The position numbers and the translations under genes are program-made. A stretch of DNA of 63,977 nt, counting the filler, from Vezdaea acicularis (Eukaryota): NCBI GenBank assembly GCA_026025075.1. It is 3 parts of 3 records of this genome, joined end to end, with 100 filler letters (N's around TTAATTAATTAA, not from the genome) between each part and the next. Parts side by side here need not be neighbours in the genome. Positions count along the whole stretch, not along the records: positions 1 to 26,255 come from JAPEUI010000178.1; positions 26,356 to 52,164 come from JAPEUI010000179.1; 1 more part is not named here. One strand, given 5' to 3'. Below are positions 25,595 through 38,636 of this stretch, one piece after another (position 1 is the first letter of the stretch; the number at the start of each line of letters is the position of its first letter). The notes beneath the pieces were generated by a model. It saw only the letters and a program-made list of their open reading frames with translations. It ran no database searches and was not told the origin of the DNA.

Positions 25595-26255
25595 CTTGAT
25601 ACGCTGAAGAGAATCTATGGAGTAAAATACGAGGATTCCGTACAGCAATGAAATAGACCGCTACTTTTCGTTGTTTATGTTGAGCTCCAACAATCAAAGT
25701 GGGGTACAGTGCGGATGGAGGGGTAAAGTGAACGTGCGCCAATTAACCGAGCGCCGCTTGCCGATGAGCTGCACGGGCGGCTACGTGACCACTGCAGTCC
25801 GTGAGTACAACATACACTGTATGCAAAGGATGCATTATAATAACCGTATGTATTATGGCCCTTGCGCTAAACATGAAAACATGATTTCGTAATGGAAAAG
25901 TTAAGATTTATACACTTTAAAGGATTGTTCAACCGGAGCAACCAACCCATAGAGTAAATCCGGACTCTTTGAAAAACTTAACCCTAACCCTCGAGATTGT
26001 CCTTTTTTGCCACTTGCCGCGTAAAACTGGCAACAAGATCAGAAATTAAGCTTAAACGCTTGAGAAAGCTGATTTGAATGTAATTAAGGCTTCAGTGACA
26101 GCACCAGCACCCGTGCCGATCTTAAATTATTGATGATGTGACACGATTAGGATTATGGGAATTTCTTTCAGCAGCCAGACGGGCTAGAAGATGGTTGCAT
26201 ACCGGGATGGCATGGTTGTAGTGGAGGGACGGCATAGATGCTAATTGGTTATCTG

Positions 26256-26355
26256 NNNNNNNNNNNNNNNNNNNNNNNNNNNNNNNNNNNNNNNNNNNNT
26301 TAATTAATTAANNNNNNNNNNNNNNNNNNNNNNNNNNNNNNNNNNNNNNNNNNNN
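26256..26355. other. Artificial contig spacer (N44-TTAATTAATTAA-N44)
   Basis: Exactly 100 bp; the central 12-mer gives TAA stops in all six frames; identical to 52165-52264. Confidence 0.95.
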
Positions 26356-26992
26356 AGAATGTTACACGGCGCTATGCGAAGAAGTTCATGGGGGCCGTGG
26401 AGGGGGAAGGCGCATCGCGAGGGTACGAGAAGTTCAAGGAAGTTGCTCAGGATATAAGTAAACTCGTCGATGTCATATGGGTGAGTGGAACACGTAAGTC
26501 TTTCCCTATTCCTGACAAAGATGACGGAGCTGATGTATAATAGCGTCTCTCCAAAAACAGTACCTCCTTGTCCTCGCCCAGCTTGTGTGCGACTACCTTC
26601 CCTCGTTCCCCTCCACGCCACAATACGCATTTCCTCTCCTGAACAAACTTGACTATGCCCTCGCCTCCTTGCTCCTGGGTGAAGACTTCGAGACGCGGAC
26701 TGCTCTGCCGGGCTTTGGCGCCGGCAAAGTCATCTCAGGGACAGATAAAGTCCGTATGAAGAGCATCGTTGAGAGGGCAAGGATCGTTGTTGTGGATGTG
26801 ATAGAAAATGGAGAGAAGGATACCGAGAGCGAAGAAGAGGGTGATAATGACGAGGAGGACGAGGAGGAGGATTACAACGTTGAGGAAGAGACGCCAAATT
26901 GGGACATGGCTATCGCAAAGGTCTATGATCGGACGATTGTGGAACTTGGGCAAGGGGTTGACGAGAATGGTTTGGGAGTGAGTAAGTGCTGA
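26356..26992 (+). CDS. 3' part of a Tfb6-like (TFIIH-associated) fungal protein, 5'-truncated by the gap
   Basis: KLVDVIWVSGT / PSLQKQYLL...DYLPSFP...KLDYALASLLLGED...LPGF...TDKVRMKSIVERARIVVV, acidic tract, WDMAIAKVYDRTIVELG. Family assignment is from memory of the motif. Confidence 0.6.
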
Positions 26993-27698
26993 AGAATTGT
27001 GGACCTACGTACAGTTCATCAGAGATAAAGATCAAGAGCTGAGCAATTGGAATAAGACGGCATCACGCGCGTCTCGAGTTTAGTTTAATAGTTGATCCAC
27101 TATAGCCTCGGGCCTTCTCTCCTGGCAGAAACGCATCTCCAGCTACAATTCGATAAAATACTCGAAGACAGTACATTTACAATGGCGACTTTAAGAAATA
27201 ATGGTCATGGTTATATCACGACTGGTTTTACGAATTCTCGACGCAATCCACCATCACTACTGATGGTATATCTACCAATACCTACTCTATAGTTACGTCG
27301 ATCTTTTTTCTGTGGTCTAGGTTGCCATTTATATGTATCTCTTGATATTTTGACTTTAAAGAGCACACAAGCAAATTCGGCGAATTTATATTAAGCGCGC
27401 GCCTGAAATTGGTTTAGGATTTGTCTTGTCAATTTCCGGAAATATTTCATCCGCATTTCACAAATGGCATACTACGTTTTTCTCATCCATGTTGGGTATC
27501 CTTCCATCACCCCGAACGTCCTGATACAGTTCCTTACCAGAGGACCTGGAAATGGCCCTGACTTCCATAACAGGTTGGCGCGATGATATTTACAGGCCTC
27601 TCTCTCCCACTCCCTAAGGATCGAATCAATTGTGGACGAGCTATGATGACGGGCATACATCAGATAATACTTCCTGATAAACAAGCAAGCGCATACTC

Positions 27699-29163
27699 TC
27701 AAATATCGCCAACGGCCCTCTCAGCTCTTTGCACGCAGTCTTCTAGTAGGTTCCAAAAAGCGTCTACATCACAAGTCCTCGGTATCCTCACCCCTTCCTC
27801 ACCTTGGACAACCCTCTCAACCACTGTCCTTCCTAGTTGGCTCCCCTCGTCTCCAATCTCACCAGTTGTTACAACCCTAACCTTCCACCTCTCTCCACGA
27901 TCCTCGAACGCGATGGCATCTGGTCCTTCCAAGAGACAAACTGCAACAGCCAGTGGATCGTGCAGAGGAGCGCCTTTCCTCAGATTAAAGACCTCCGCAT
28001 AGGTCCCGCGAAAGTACGTCAGAAGATCATGGAGTAGTCGTCTCGTTTTCGAAGGAGCTGCAGGCAGGGAAGCTAGGTTTCCGCCGTGAAGGATAAGATT
28101 GCAGACTTCAGGCGTTGTTAGGACCTGATGCGTCAAATCCAAAGGAATCAACGTCGTCTTGCACGCTAGCGCTTCATTCGTGAATACTGCCTGTGCGGCC
28201 TCGGGATCGCACTGCCAACCCCTTTAGCCCCTTTCCCCCCTTTCCTCGTTCAATTTTCAATTTGCCAACAATCAAGCTACTCACCAGAATATTGAACTCT
28301 GCCCATCTCGTCCAATTCCCAATTCTCTCCCCCTTATCACCTGCTTTCCATCCCAGATCCGCGTCAGTGAAACCACCGCCCACGCTTCCACCCATAATGA
28401 TCACTCCTTTGACCGAGTGGACCAACTGGGGATAGAGCGCGAATAGTAGGGCGATATTCGTGAGGGCGCCCGTGGCAACTAGATAGGCAGTACCTCGGGT
28501 GCCTTGGAGCGCAAGGGCCATCGCTATTACGGCTGATACATGCGTTTCAGGGCTAGTTGGCACGGGAAGGAGGGAGGTTCCATCAAGGCCGGATTCTCCT
28601 ACAAGCTAAGAGCATTAAATCTGATTTCCTCCCCTAAGAGTTTTTCTCTAAGACTTCTCTCGCTCCCCCTTCTCCATCTTCTCCTTCCATCACTAAGAGC
28701 AACGTCAAATGTAGGCTCCACTTACCATGAATATCCGGCGCGGCAACGGCTTCTCTACAAAATGGTTTCTCAGCCCCCGCATATACATTAACGTCCTGCC
28801 TTCCCAGAGCCTGCAGCACGCTGCGAGCATTTAGGGTAGTTTTGCGTAAACTAGCGTTCCCATGCACGGTCGAGACGCCGAGCAAACGCAACGAGGGGTG
28901 GTGCGCTGCAAGAAGCAGGGCAAATGCATCCTATGCGATAGATGTGGTTAGCCTGTAAATATTGGTACGAGTAGAGAGAAATTTATAGTCATTGGAAAGG
29001 CTGAAAGGAAATAGGAGTGACAATAAGAATTTCTATTATTTACATCGTGGCCTGGGTCGCAGTCCAACCAGATAGGGGTTCGATAATCTTGCTGAAACAG
29101 GTGTTGACGATCTCCGGACATGAAGAGCGTGTCAGAAAATGGGCCCGTCGACTGATCAGGCAT
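27699..29163 (-). CDS. URH1: Inosine/uridine-preferring nucleoside hydrolase (uridine nucleosidase)
   Basis: IWLDCDPGHD/DAFA, GVSTVHGN, DIHG/ESGLDGT, ATGALTNIA, GNWTRWAEFNI, IPLDLTHQV, PLHDPLAVA. Confidence 0.92.
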
Positions 29164-29640
29164 GTTGACAGCAATCAAATCTGTCGTCGGTAGGCTGAAG
29201 GTAGCTTTGATATAGGGCTTATTCTCAATTGCGGGTATCTTATAGCTTTCCCAAACATGATTGTTTGCTCCATTTCAACAAATCCGATGTACCTAGGGTC
29301 TTTGCTGCATGATGACGTATTGGCGTTGTATGTTGCATCAGAAAGGTGACATATGAAGACGCTGCTGGAGATGAAAGCAGAAGTCAGGGGCTCAAACAGT
29401 CAAGTCCAGAGGATACTGTGATTTGGCTGTGCGGAGATTTAACGTCAGAATTACAGGTATATTCTGCAATACCTGTAGCTTTCAGGGCACTCAACGCATG
29501 TAATACTAATTTAATAGGTGAAACTTATTTTGAATCGTAGTCTGATATGTAAGAATGATGTCGCTACGCTATGAACTAGAGACCGAAACCCTTTCTGTGA
29601 AGCTCCGACGCTAAATCCCAGATGATTGAGGCACCGCACT

Positions 29641-31603
29641 TTATATGACGTACCTGAGCCTTCTGCATGCAAGGCCCGCTCCAATGCTGCTGATTGCACC
29701 TATAGCAAGGCAAACGGAAATAGCGTTTGTACCACCGACTGGCGCTACACTTCCATCATCATGGAGTTCGGGACTAGTCCCGGGCTCCATGATATAAAAG
29801 ACGACCATACTAATAAAGGTGCCCATGAATTGCGGTAAGGTTGTGAATACATTGAGTACCCCTAGGTAGATGCCTGCAAGCTCACCTGTTGAGGCAGAAG
29901 GCTCATACTCGGGATTTAGGTTTAGATATAGCATTGAACCTTCCGGATCGTTGACTGGAGATAGCTCTATAGAGTCATTTGAAAGCCTTCGATAGGACTG
30001 TGGAGCACCAGACCCGACTTTATTGATCTCGATCCCTAAGAAGTTGTATGGTGCCCATTGTGCCAATACCCATGGTATTCCACAGAGTGCGATAAGCGTT
30101 GTGGCAAAGCTCGTCGACTTCGCCAAAGGGGCAAGGATCATCGCGCCTGCAAATGTGAAATGGCAGATAGTCCACGCCGTATTCAGGTCAGGCCGTGACT
30201 TCATTATTCTTTGAAATGTTTTGGCTAAAGCAGTCGGTGACCGGCGAGTAAAGTTTCCTTGATCATCATCTGGTGAAGTGATCAACCAAGGCAGGGCGAC
30301 TGAGCTAACGAGCGCGATAGTTGATAATACTACTAAAGCTTGACTTCCCACACGCCCGATATCTCCAAGGGCATCCTTGGACTCTTTAAGGTCTTTTGGG
30401 GCGTCGTAGCGATAATATATCTCGCCTACCCAAATCGGGGCATAGAATAAGAATGGAAACCAACCTAACGAATTATTAGCTGTGAGAACTCCTAGCAATT
30501 CACAAATTAGGTTTACCTATCCAGGACCAAAATTGGACCAAGCAGATGGCTAAGATACGTCGTGGGAGATGAAGTGCGGTCTTGACAATCTGAGTGATGA
30601 CTACGATCGCCCCTGTCTCTTTTTCCGAGTCCCTAAGATTCATAAGCAAGTTACTGAGTGGCATGCAAGACATCAAATATACCTTCTTGACACCAGGACC
30701 CGCTCTTCCACGGCGTATGACGTAAGTCCAACAGCCCCAATTAGAGCGAGGCCAAATATCACGGTCAATTGCTTGAATTGTGTGCCCCCTAGTGATGTCC
30801 CAAACGTCCCAACCAGGTCAACACTGCCAATCACGTACCCGAAGAGATGACCAATTTGGACCATTCTGCTAGCTTTCGGGACCTCAACAGTTGCATAAAT
30901 AGAGGCTTGGAGTATATCTCACCCCATGCAGAGCCCAGCTGCTGTTTTGAGATAGGGAGCGTATCTACTATCAGGCTCCTGCAGCAGGATTGTACTAAAC
31001 AACCATTAGCCATGTTCTGAGAAACAGTTTCGATGATGGATTGTACCGGCATTGATAGCGAAGTCCACCGCGTAGATGCTCAGTACTGCCATAAATACCG
31101 TGAGAGTCTTTCTTAAATCACCCTCTCCTATGAAAAATCCCACGATCTCCGCCGTCCATCCCAGCACTAATAGAAGGAGTCCCACGACCACGCTCCCCAC
31201 AACCATGAACGGTCTTCTCCTTCCCCACTTGCTTGTGGAACGATCCGATATAACGCCGACAACAGGTTGCATGACCAAGCCAGACAGCGGCCCTGCAATC
31301 CACACCATGCTCGTCTTGCTTTTTGATAGGCCTAGCGAAAGAAGATAGGGTGTGCAGTCTGACCAAATTTTGAGATTTTACAGCTCAATATACAGAAGGG
31401 TAGCGGGGCTTACAGGTCATTTCGAGGCCCCAGCAAAGTCTTTAAAAACGAGAAGTTTATTAGCTAGGCCGGCCGACGGAGATCACCAGAAGGAGAAGAC
31501 CTTACTGCAGGCCGATGATGCTAAACGTGAGTAGCGTCATACGGATAGGCTCTGACGAGCCTTTCACGCGCGGAGTACCTGCCCATGATGCCGCTTGAAG
31601 CAT
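29641..31603 (-). CDS. Sucrose/alpha-glucoside:H+ symporter (GPH/SUT family, S. pombe Sut1-like), multi-exon
   Basis: SWAGTPRVKGSSEPIRMTLLTFS, VWIAGPLSGLVMQPVVGVISDRSTSKWGRRRPFM, YAVDFAINA, GWFPFLFY, AGIYLGVLNVFTTLPQF. Confidence 0.9.
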
Positions 31604-32889
31604 TGTGGGAGCGAGAGAGGTAAAGGAATTAGAATGAGTGGAGTTTCAGCTCATGTAAGGCCCAAAAACTGACGCGGCACCTTTAATGTACGCGTGACTC
31701 TGACGGTACATTTGGCAGAGCGCCAACGTTACAAGCGCATTTTCTCGTATCACATGTACGTAGCCAAAGTAAATAGGAAGGAAAGACTGATGATGCTGTT
31801 ATCCGTGGAGAGTTGTGCATTTATATTGTGTGGTCATACCAAATTCGTGAGCGAGGCTTTTACCCGAGTAAAACTACGAAGGGATCTTTACAAGATGTCA
31901 CATAAACTTACCTACCAGAAAAGTTTCCTTGCTGCTGAGCTAACCTTTTAAAACCAATGCTCGGCGCCGCGTGCAGTGCGTCTTCAGTCTCTAGGTCCTT
32001 TTTGCAACTTTCTATGACCTGTAAGGCTTTAAGGATCTTCCCCGTGAAGGCTTAAAATCGCCAGCCATAAGTGAAAGAACACCATTGCCATCAATGATTA
32101 ATGAAGATGACGCAAGTATTCACATAGCAAAAATAATCATAGCGCAAGTTTAGAAATTATATTAAGTTAATGAGATGATCCCTCTATTCCCCTGATCTAA
32201 ATCTTGCAGAGCATGTGGGGTTCCCGCTGAGGGAGGATAAATAGGTGGCGAGAAGCAAAAGAGGCAAAACAGCCATTGAAACGCGATTGCAGCATGCAAT
32301 TCAAACGTTGTGGGATAGAACTGGTGCAGAACCTGTAGATATATTAGTTGAAAGTATGCCTGCACGAATTCGAACGGTATCAGCTTCTTGTGGTAGATAA
32401 ACATAGCATTCAAGGTGTTCGTTTACTTATGGCCAGCGATCCTACATTTGACAAGCGGTTACAGGCCTTTGGGTGGTTAGATTGGGTAAAGTTCCCCATA
32501 CCATGCAGTAGCTGCCTTGGCGGCGGAGTACATTTCCTCCCGCTCGGGTACCCAGCTTTCTCACTTGTCAGCCTCGCGCGGGACTGGGCAATGCCGCGCC
32601 GTTGCTTTCTGCTCCCACCCCCACATCGAGAACCTCCGCCTTCCCCAGCATGACCTTCTGCCAATAATAGACCTACGATTGCTTCAGTCCTATGTCCGTC
32701 GATCTGTCATATACACGCTGTTTGAGCGGTCTCCACCTTACCCTGTGCACGCAACGACAATAGGAGCTGGGAACACATGAATAGGATCGCCAACGCCCAC
32801 ACCCAAGCGCTAGCCCACTACCACCACAGCAGAGGCTCTGTTTCTACTACTGGGGCGTCTGGTAGGGCGCGAGCGCCAAGTCCGGCGCC

Positions 32890-35382
32890 ATGTCTTCCTT
32901 TCTACATAAATTCAGACCTGGCATTGTTGGTTATCCCGAGTTCATTTTACGATTGCGTCCATCCAAATGCGCCAGATCCCCCCCTGGGTCTTGCTCCCTC
33001 GATTTGAGCAGACCGTGTCTCGGGCAGGGTTAGCAATGCTTTGCAATGAATGATAACTGATTTCTGTATTTGTAGGGATCAACGAGCCCATCCGCAGGGT
33101 CAATACCAGCGAAGAAAGATCCTCTAGGCCCTCAACAAACCCCTATTGAGAGAGCTTTGAAAGATGCAGGCCCGCTTCGAGATGACGGAAGTGATAAATT
33201 CTGGGGAATGGAGAATGTAAGCTTATGCACTGAAGATTACAAACACAGGGGCTGACAGTATCTTGCGCATTAGTTTGGTAGCACATGGTGAGAGTGATGG
33301 AATCTATTAATCCTCAGCACTGCTAATTTAGTATAACTTCAAAGTTATTGCAATTCGATCTTACAATGTCTTTACTACTCAGCACCATTTCGGGAGCACG
33401 TTATCAGCTACCCAAAGAGGACACCCATTGAATCACTAAATACGACAACTACTTTACCTCGGCTAAACACCGCTCCAGGAAACGTGAATGCTGGATCACC
33501 ACCTCCAAGGAATAGACCACCAGTTACTAGTCCTGGCGCAAACCCTACGAGGAAGTCTTTAGGTTCAAATCCCACTGCTGGTCAGCCGGGTATAAGACCC
33601 GAGGACAATCCAAATACTCAGGAATACAAGAAGAAGCAAGCTGTATTGGCAGGACCAATTGTAAGGATGGAGCAGGAGAACGCGGGCGCATATGGAATGT
33701 CAGAATCACTTTTCACCGCGATGAAAGACCTATACGAGGTTTTAGTAGCACATAAATCGAGAACCGGCATTATAGCGCCAGTAAGGTTTTATGACATCCT
33801 GAAGACTCAGAATGAGACATTTGCCTCAGCAAACCACCAAGACGCCCACGAATTCTTGAACCATTTATTAAATGATGTTGTTACGACGGTTGAGACGAAC
33901 ACAAAGCGAATGGAAGCGGAGAAGACGGCACAGAAGGAATCAGATAGGAATGAGATTATTGCGACACCTAAGGTCGCGGATCCATCTACTAGATCTCCAA
34001 CGAGTACAGGATGGGTACATGACCTGTTCGAAGGAACCTTGACTTCGGAAACAAAATGCTTGACCTGCGAGAATATATCACAAAGGGACGAGGTATTTTT
34101 GGACTTATCGGTCGATACGGACGAAGATACATCAGTCACAGCTTGTTTGATGAAATTCTCTCAGGAAGAGATGCTTTGCGAGAGGAATAAATTCCACTGC
34201 GATAATTGCGGCGGGCTACAGGAAGCAGAGAAACGAATGAAGATAAAGAGGCTACCTCGGATACTAGCATTGCACCTTAAGAGATTCAAATACACAGAAG
34301 ATTTACAGCGCCTGCATAAACTCTTCCATAGGATTGTATACCCCTTCAGCTTACGTTTATTCAATACAACCGATGATGCGGAAGACCCTGATCGATTATA
34401 CGAGCTCTATGCTGTGGTAGTCCATATTGGAAACGGGCCCTACCATGGCCACTACGTGACAGTGATCAAGACGGAGGATCGAGGTTGGCTTCTCTTCGAT
34501 GACGAGTCTGTAGAGCCAGTCGATAAGTCATACGTTGAAAACTTTTTTGGAGATAAACCAGGACAGGCCGCAGCATATATTCTTTTCTATCAAGAAACAA
34601 CCCTGGAAGCGATGGAGAAATCGCGGGATGCTGAGAGCAAGATGGCAGACAAAGCAGCCGAATCTGCCAAGGCATCGGCGTTGGCACCTCATGTGAAGCA
34701 GAATGGTGTCTTTGCCAACGGTGGGTTGTTTGGACACAACAACCCAGGCCTACTCGCCAAAGAAGCAGATCAGTTGGCAGGCCTTAATGCAGTTGCCAGC
34801 CCTCCGGCTGCGACGACAAATATCTTCCACGAGGCTGTCAGTACAACTACTCCTGCAGAAATACCTATGGAGAAGCTGGATTCGAAGTCCAAGAAAGTAC
34901 GAGCACGAGAAGAGAAGGAAGCAAAAGCACGTGAAAAGCAGGAAGCCAAGGACAAAGAGGCCGCCGAAAAAGCCAGAGTTAAGGAGGAAGAGTTTAAACG
35001 GAAAGACTTGCTGCGAAAGCAAAAGGACGACATGAAAATTGCGACTCAGCTCAGCAAACAGACTAAGGCTGAGGAAGACGGAAAATTCTCTCAAGGGCTA
35101 GGAAGCGAGAATGGCCACACGATTGCAAATCATGGGCTCATGCACAATAGCCTCAGTCGCTTCAAAGAGGGTAGCAAGAGTATCAAACACAGGAAACTTT
35201 TCGGATCTAGGGATAAGGACCCACCTGAGTCGAGAGACTCTTCGCAGGTTCTAAAAAACGTATTCATTCCACCGGACACGGTAAGCGAGGGAGTCGAGAA
35301 TATGGCCCCTCTGCCGGAGAAGCAGGAAAAACCAAGGAGTGGCCTATTCACTCTGAGGAAAAAACCCTCAATACTTTCATAA
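32890..35382 (+). CDS. creB: Ubiquitin-specific protease CreB (USP12/46, Ubp9/13-like)
   Basis: [27 protein letters not shown] (Cys box across micro-exons), [33 protein letters not shown], His box GPYHGHYV...WLLFDD; charged C-terminal tail. Confidence 0.92.
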
Positions 35383-36579
35383 CGGCCCTTTTGTACATCA
35401 TATTTTTAACCCTTTGCATGATACCCTAGACGATAGGAGGAATTGTCTTTCGTTTCTAATACCATAGGCCTCACACCCTAGAATACCGAGCGGCGGCTAT
35501 TTTTCATCTCGTTAGTCCAAACGACATTTAGAAGCTTAACATAACGCGGAAAGATACGTATCAAAATCTACACTGGGTATCCTTAATTAGATCTTTTAAA
35601 ATAGTCTTGAAAAGCGCAGCACTTTGTCTGAGCTCCTCAATAGACTAGCGGGATAGGAGGCTGTCCTTGGAGCATGGAATACATAATTTGGTCGTTTCAT
35701 GCACTGGCGGACTTAGGATGGCACAAACTTATCCGAACATAAATCATCACAACTCATCGGCGTATATACGCCGAGCCCATGCTTGTCAAAGTAGTATAGG
35801 AATATCCCACATACTCTATATAAAATAATTTCAACCACGACCAATGCATGCTTTCAAGAGTTTGAACCTTATCACAAATATCTGGCATGTTTGATATCCT
35901 GACGCCGTCCTAAATAATGCTGCTAATATAGTAGACCTTCCTCACTTGGACCACTTGGTCTGCCTCCAGTTTCTTATACTCTTACCCCAGAACCATAGCG
36001 TAGATGATGATGATTATATTCACCGCTATCAGTGGTACTGTCCATGTCATTAGCTACTTTTCTAAGCCTAGCAGAGAGATGCTTTATGGAGTAAAAGCGT
36101 ACTTCTTAGAACGGTCTGTACGCCAGCGATCAACGAGACCAGTTTCGCTTTGATACTTGAATTATCGATTTGCGCTCCAAACGAAGGCTCTATTGACCTC
36201 GAGGAGAGTCCAACTGCAATCAAGTAGTCAGCGTCTTATGCCCGTTTTCACCCCTAGGTATGGACTTGAAGTACCTACCACGAGCCAAAAACCGGTCCTC
36301 GGACAAGATCGCTACCGCGTTCAGTAGGAGAACAGAGACTGTAAGTGTGGTTTAGCGATCAAACATGATGTAAGTTTGAAGAGAGGATTACTGTAGATGA
36401 TGTTTCCAAAGCCGAAGAGGAACATTTTGCTTTATGTTCAGGGGGTCGAAAGGGAACTTGCGGGGGAGTAGGCAGGTTCGGGAGTGAGTTGCGGAGTTGA
36501 AGAACAGATTTCGGAAACGAACTTTCTAATTTCGAGCTCCACGATATTTACGTACCTTCCCCGCCATGGTCATGCCACA

Positions 36580-38442
36580 ATGAAGGCTTCAATTGCAGGT
36601 AGCTTCTGGACTTTCGCGCACATGGTCTGCTTGACTAGCTAACAGACTTATCCAGACATCCTGCTAAGTCTCCTAATTCCTACCCTCATACTGCTTCACC
36701 TCTTTATCTCGCCCTACACGAAAGTAGAAGAAAGCTTCAACATCCAAGCGACCCACGACATCTTGGCTTATGGCGTGCCCACAGAAGATATTGGACAGAG
36801 GCTGAAAGCTGAATATGACCATCACACCTTCTCCGGCGCTGTGCCGAGGACCTTCGTCGGCGCGCTGCTACTTGCGGGTGTGTCGAGACCCGTGATTGGC
36901 TGGTGCACTGGACCGCAGGCGCAGAGCTTGGGTGAGTTGAACAATATCATGATTTTGTTATATAAGGTCCTCAGCTGATTGGAACGCTCCATGGGCAGTT
37001 AGGGGAGTTCTAGGTTTGTTCAATGCGTGTGCGCTGCTTCTATACGCTCGACGGGTGTACCGCGCCTTTGGCAGGAATACGGGAAGATGGTACTTGCTAC
37101 TACAAGCCAGCCAATTCCACGTCATCTACTATGCGTCGCGGACTCTGCCTAACATGTTCGCCTTTGGGCTCAGTGAGTACCATGATATTCGTTCTAGCCA
37201 GCCTTCAAGCAGCCCTGACCAACCTCCCTAGCAACCATCGCCCTCAGCAACTTTCTCCCGGTACCATCTTCTAGAGCCGCATTAATCAAACGTTACCGCC
37301 TCTCAGTCTATTTAATAACTCTGACCGGTGTGATGTTTCGCTCCGAGCTTGCTCTGCTCCTCTTCCCCATCCTCGTCATGCTTGCTGTCGCTCAATCCCA
37401 CCTCTCTCTCTCTTGGGCCATTATCACTGCAGGTCTCCTCGGCGCAACGGTCGGTCTCCTCACTACCATATCTATTGACTCCTTCTTCTGGCAGAAATGG
37501 CCACTCTGGCCAGAGCTGCAATCTCTCTTCTTCAACGTCGTTGACGGCAAGTCGTCCGAGTGGGGCACTTCCCCTTGGCACTACTACTTCACCTCCGCTC
37601 TCCCGCGTTTGCTCCTAAACCCGCTCTCACCCTTCCTTCTTTCGCTCTCACTCTTTCTCCCTTCAACCCGCCGCCCCGCCTTCTTTATCTTGATTCCCCA
37701 TCTAGCATTCATAACCCTCTACAGCATTCAGCCGCATAAGGAATGGCGGTTCATCATATACTCCGTCCCGCCCTTTACAACTGTTCTCGCTCTTTCTTTT
37801 GCGCACATCTACAACCGGCGTACTAAATCACTCCTCTATCTCATCCTGTCCCTTATCTTTATCGCCTCCATTCTTGCCTCCTTCGTAGCGAGCACGACAA
37901 TGGCGCTCATCTCTTCACTGAACTACCCTGGCGGACAGGCCCTTGCGCAGCTACACGCTTTCGCCGACGGCGAGAAAAAGGTCCTTACCGTGCACATGGA
38001 CGTCGCTAGCTGCATGAGTGGTGTGACGCGCTTTCAGGAGCGACATCCGCCGCCCACGCTGCTGGGGAACAATGCGACTTTGTGGGTGTACGACAGGACG
38101 GAAGATGAGGCGAAGCTGAACGAGACCTCGTTTTGGAATAGATTTGATTATGTGCTTGCGGAGGACCCCACAATGGTGAAGGGGAGCTGGAATGTTGTGG
38201 ATACTATTGGAGCCTTTGCGGGAGTGAGGGCGCTAAGGCCGGAAGAAGATGGGGGGCTCGTAGAGCCATTCCTAGAAGGGCGCGGGAACTGGAAGCAGCT
38301 GGGTCTGGAAATGGAGAAATCATTCCGGCAGTTGGTTGGAGGATGGTGGGTTGGGATTGAGATGAAGCCTAGAATAAAGATTTTGAGGCGTGAAATAGTG
38401 GAGAAGGCTGGGTGGGTAAAGAGGCCTGGACAAGAGGCCTGA
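36580..38442 (+). CDS. ALG12: Dol-P-Man alpha-1,6-mannosyltransferase Alg12/Ecm39 (GT22)
   Basis: SPYTKVEESFNIQATHDIL, YDHHTFSGAVPRTFVG, SQFHVIYYASRTLPNMFAFG, FRSELALL, QPHKEWRFIIY, SSLNYPGG. Confidence 0.93.
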
Positions 38443-38636
38443 TTCAAGTTGTGTAATGTAGACAGTTGCGGAAAGGCCCCGTTCATGCTGATGGAATTAT
38501 AGCACCTGCCGTGTAATATAAAATCTCCGTCGGATATCGCTACATCAGTCTACAAGAACCACCTCAAATCAAAGCATAGAACACCCTCAAAATCGGAGAG
38601 AGAGACCTTAACGCCCCTGTATCCTATGTTGATATA

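Noticed and set aside
25979..25991. TAACCCTAACCCT telomere-like sequence
   Set aside because: Only two units and internal; at most a Tbf1-type site, not a telomere.
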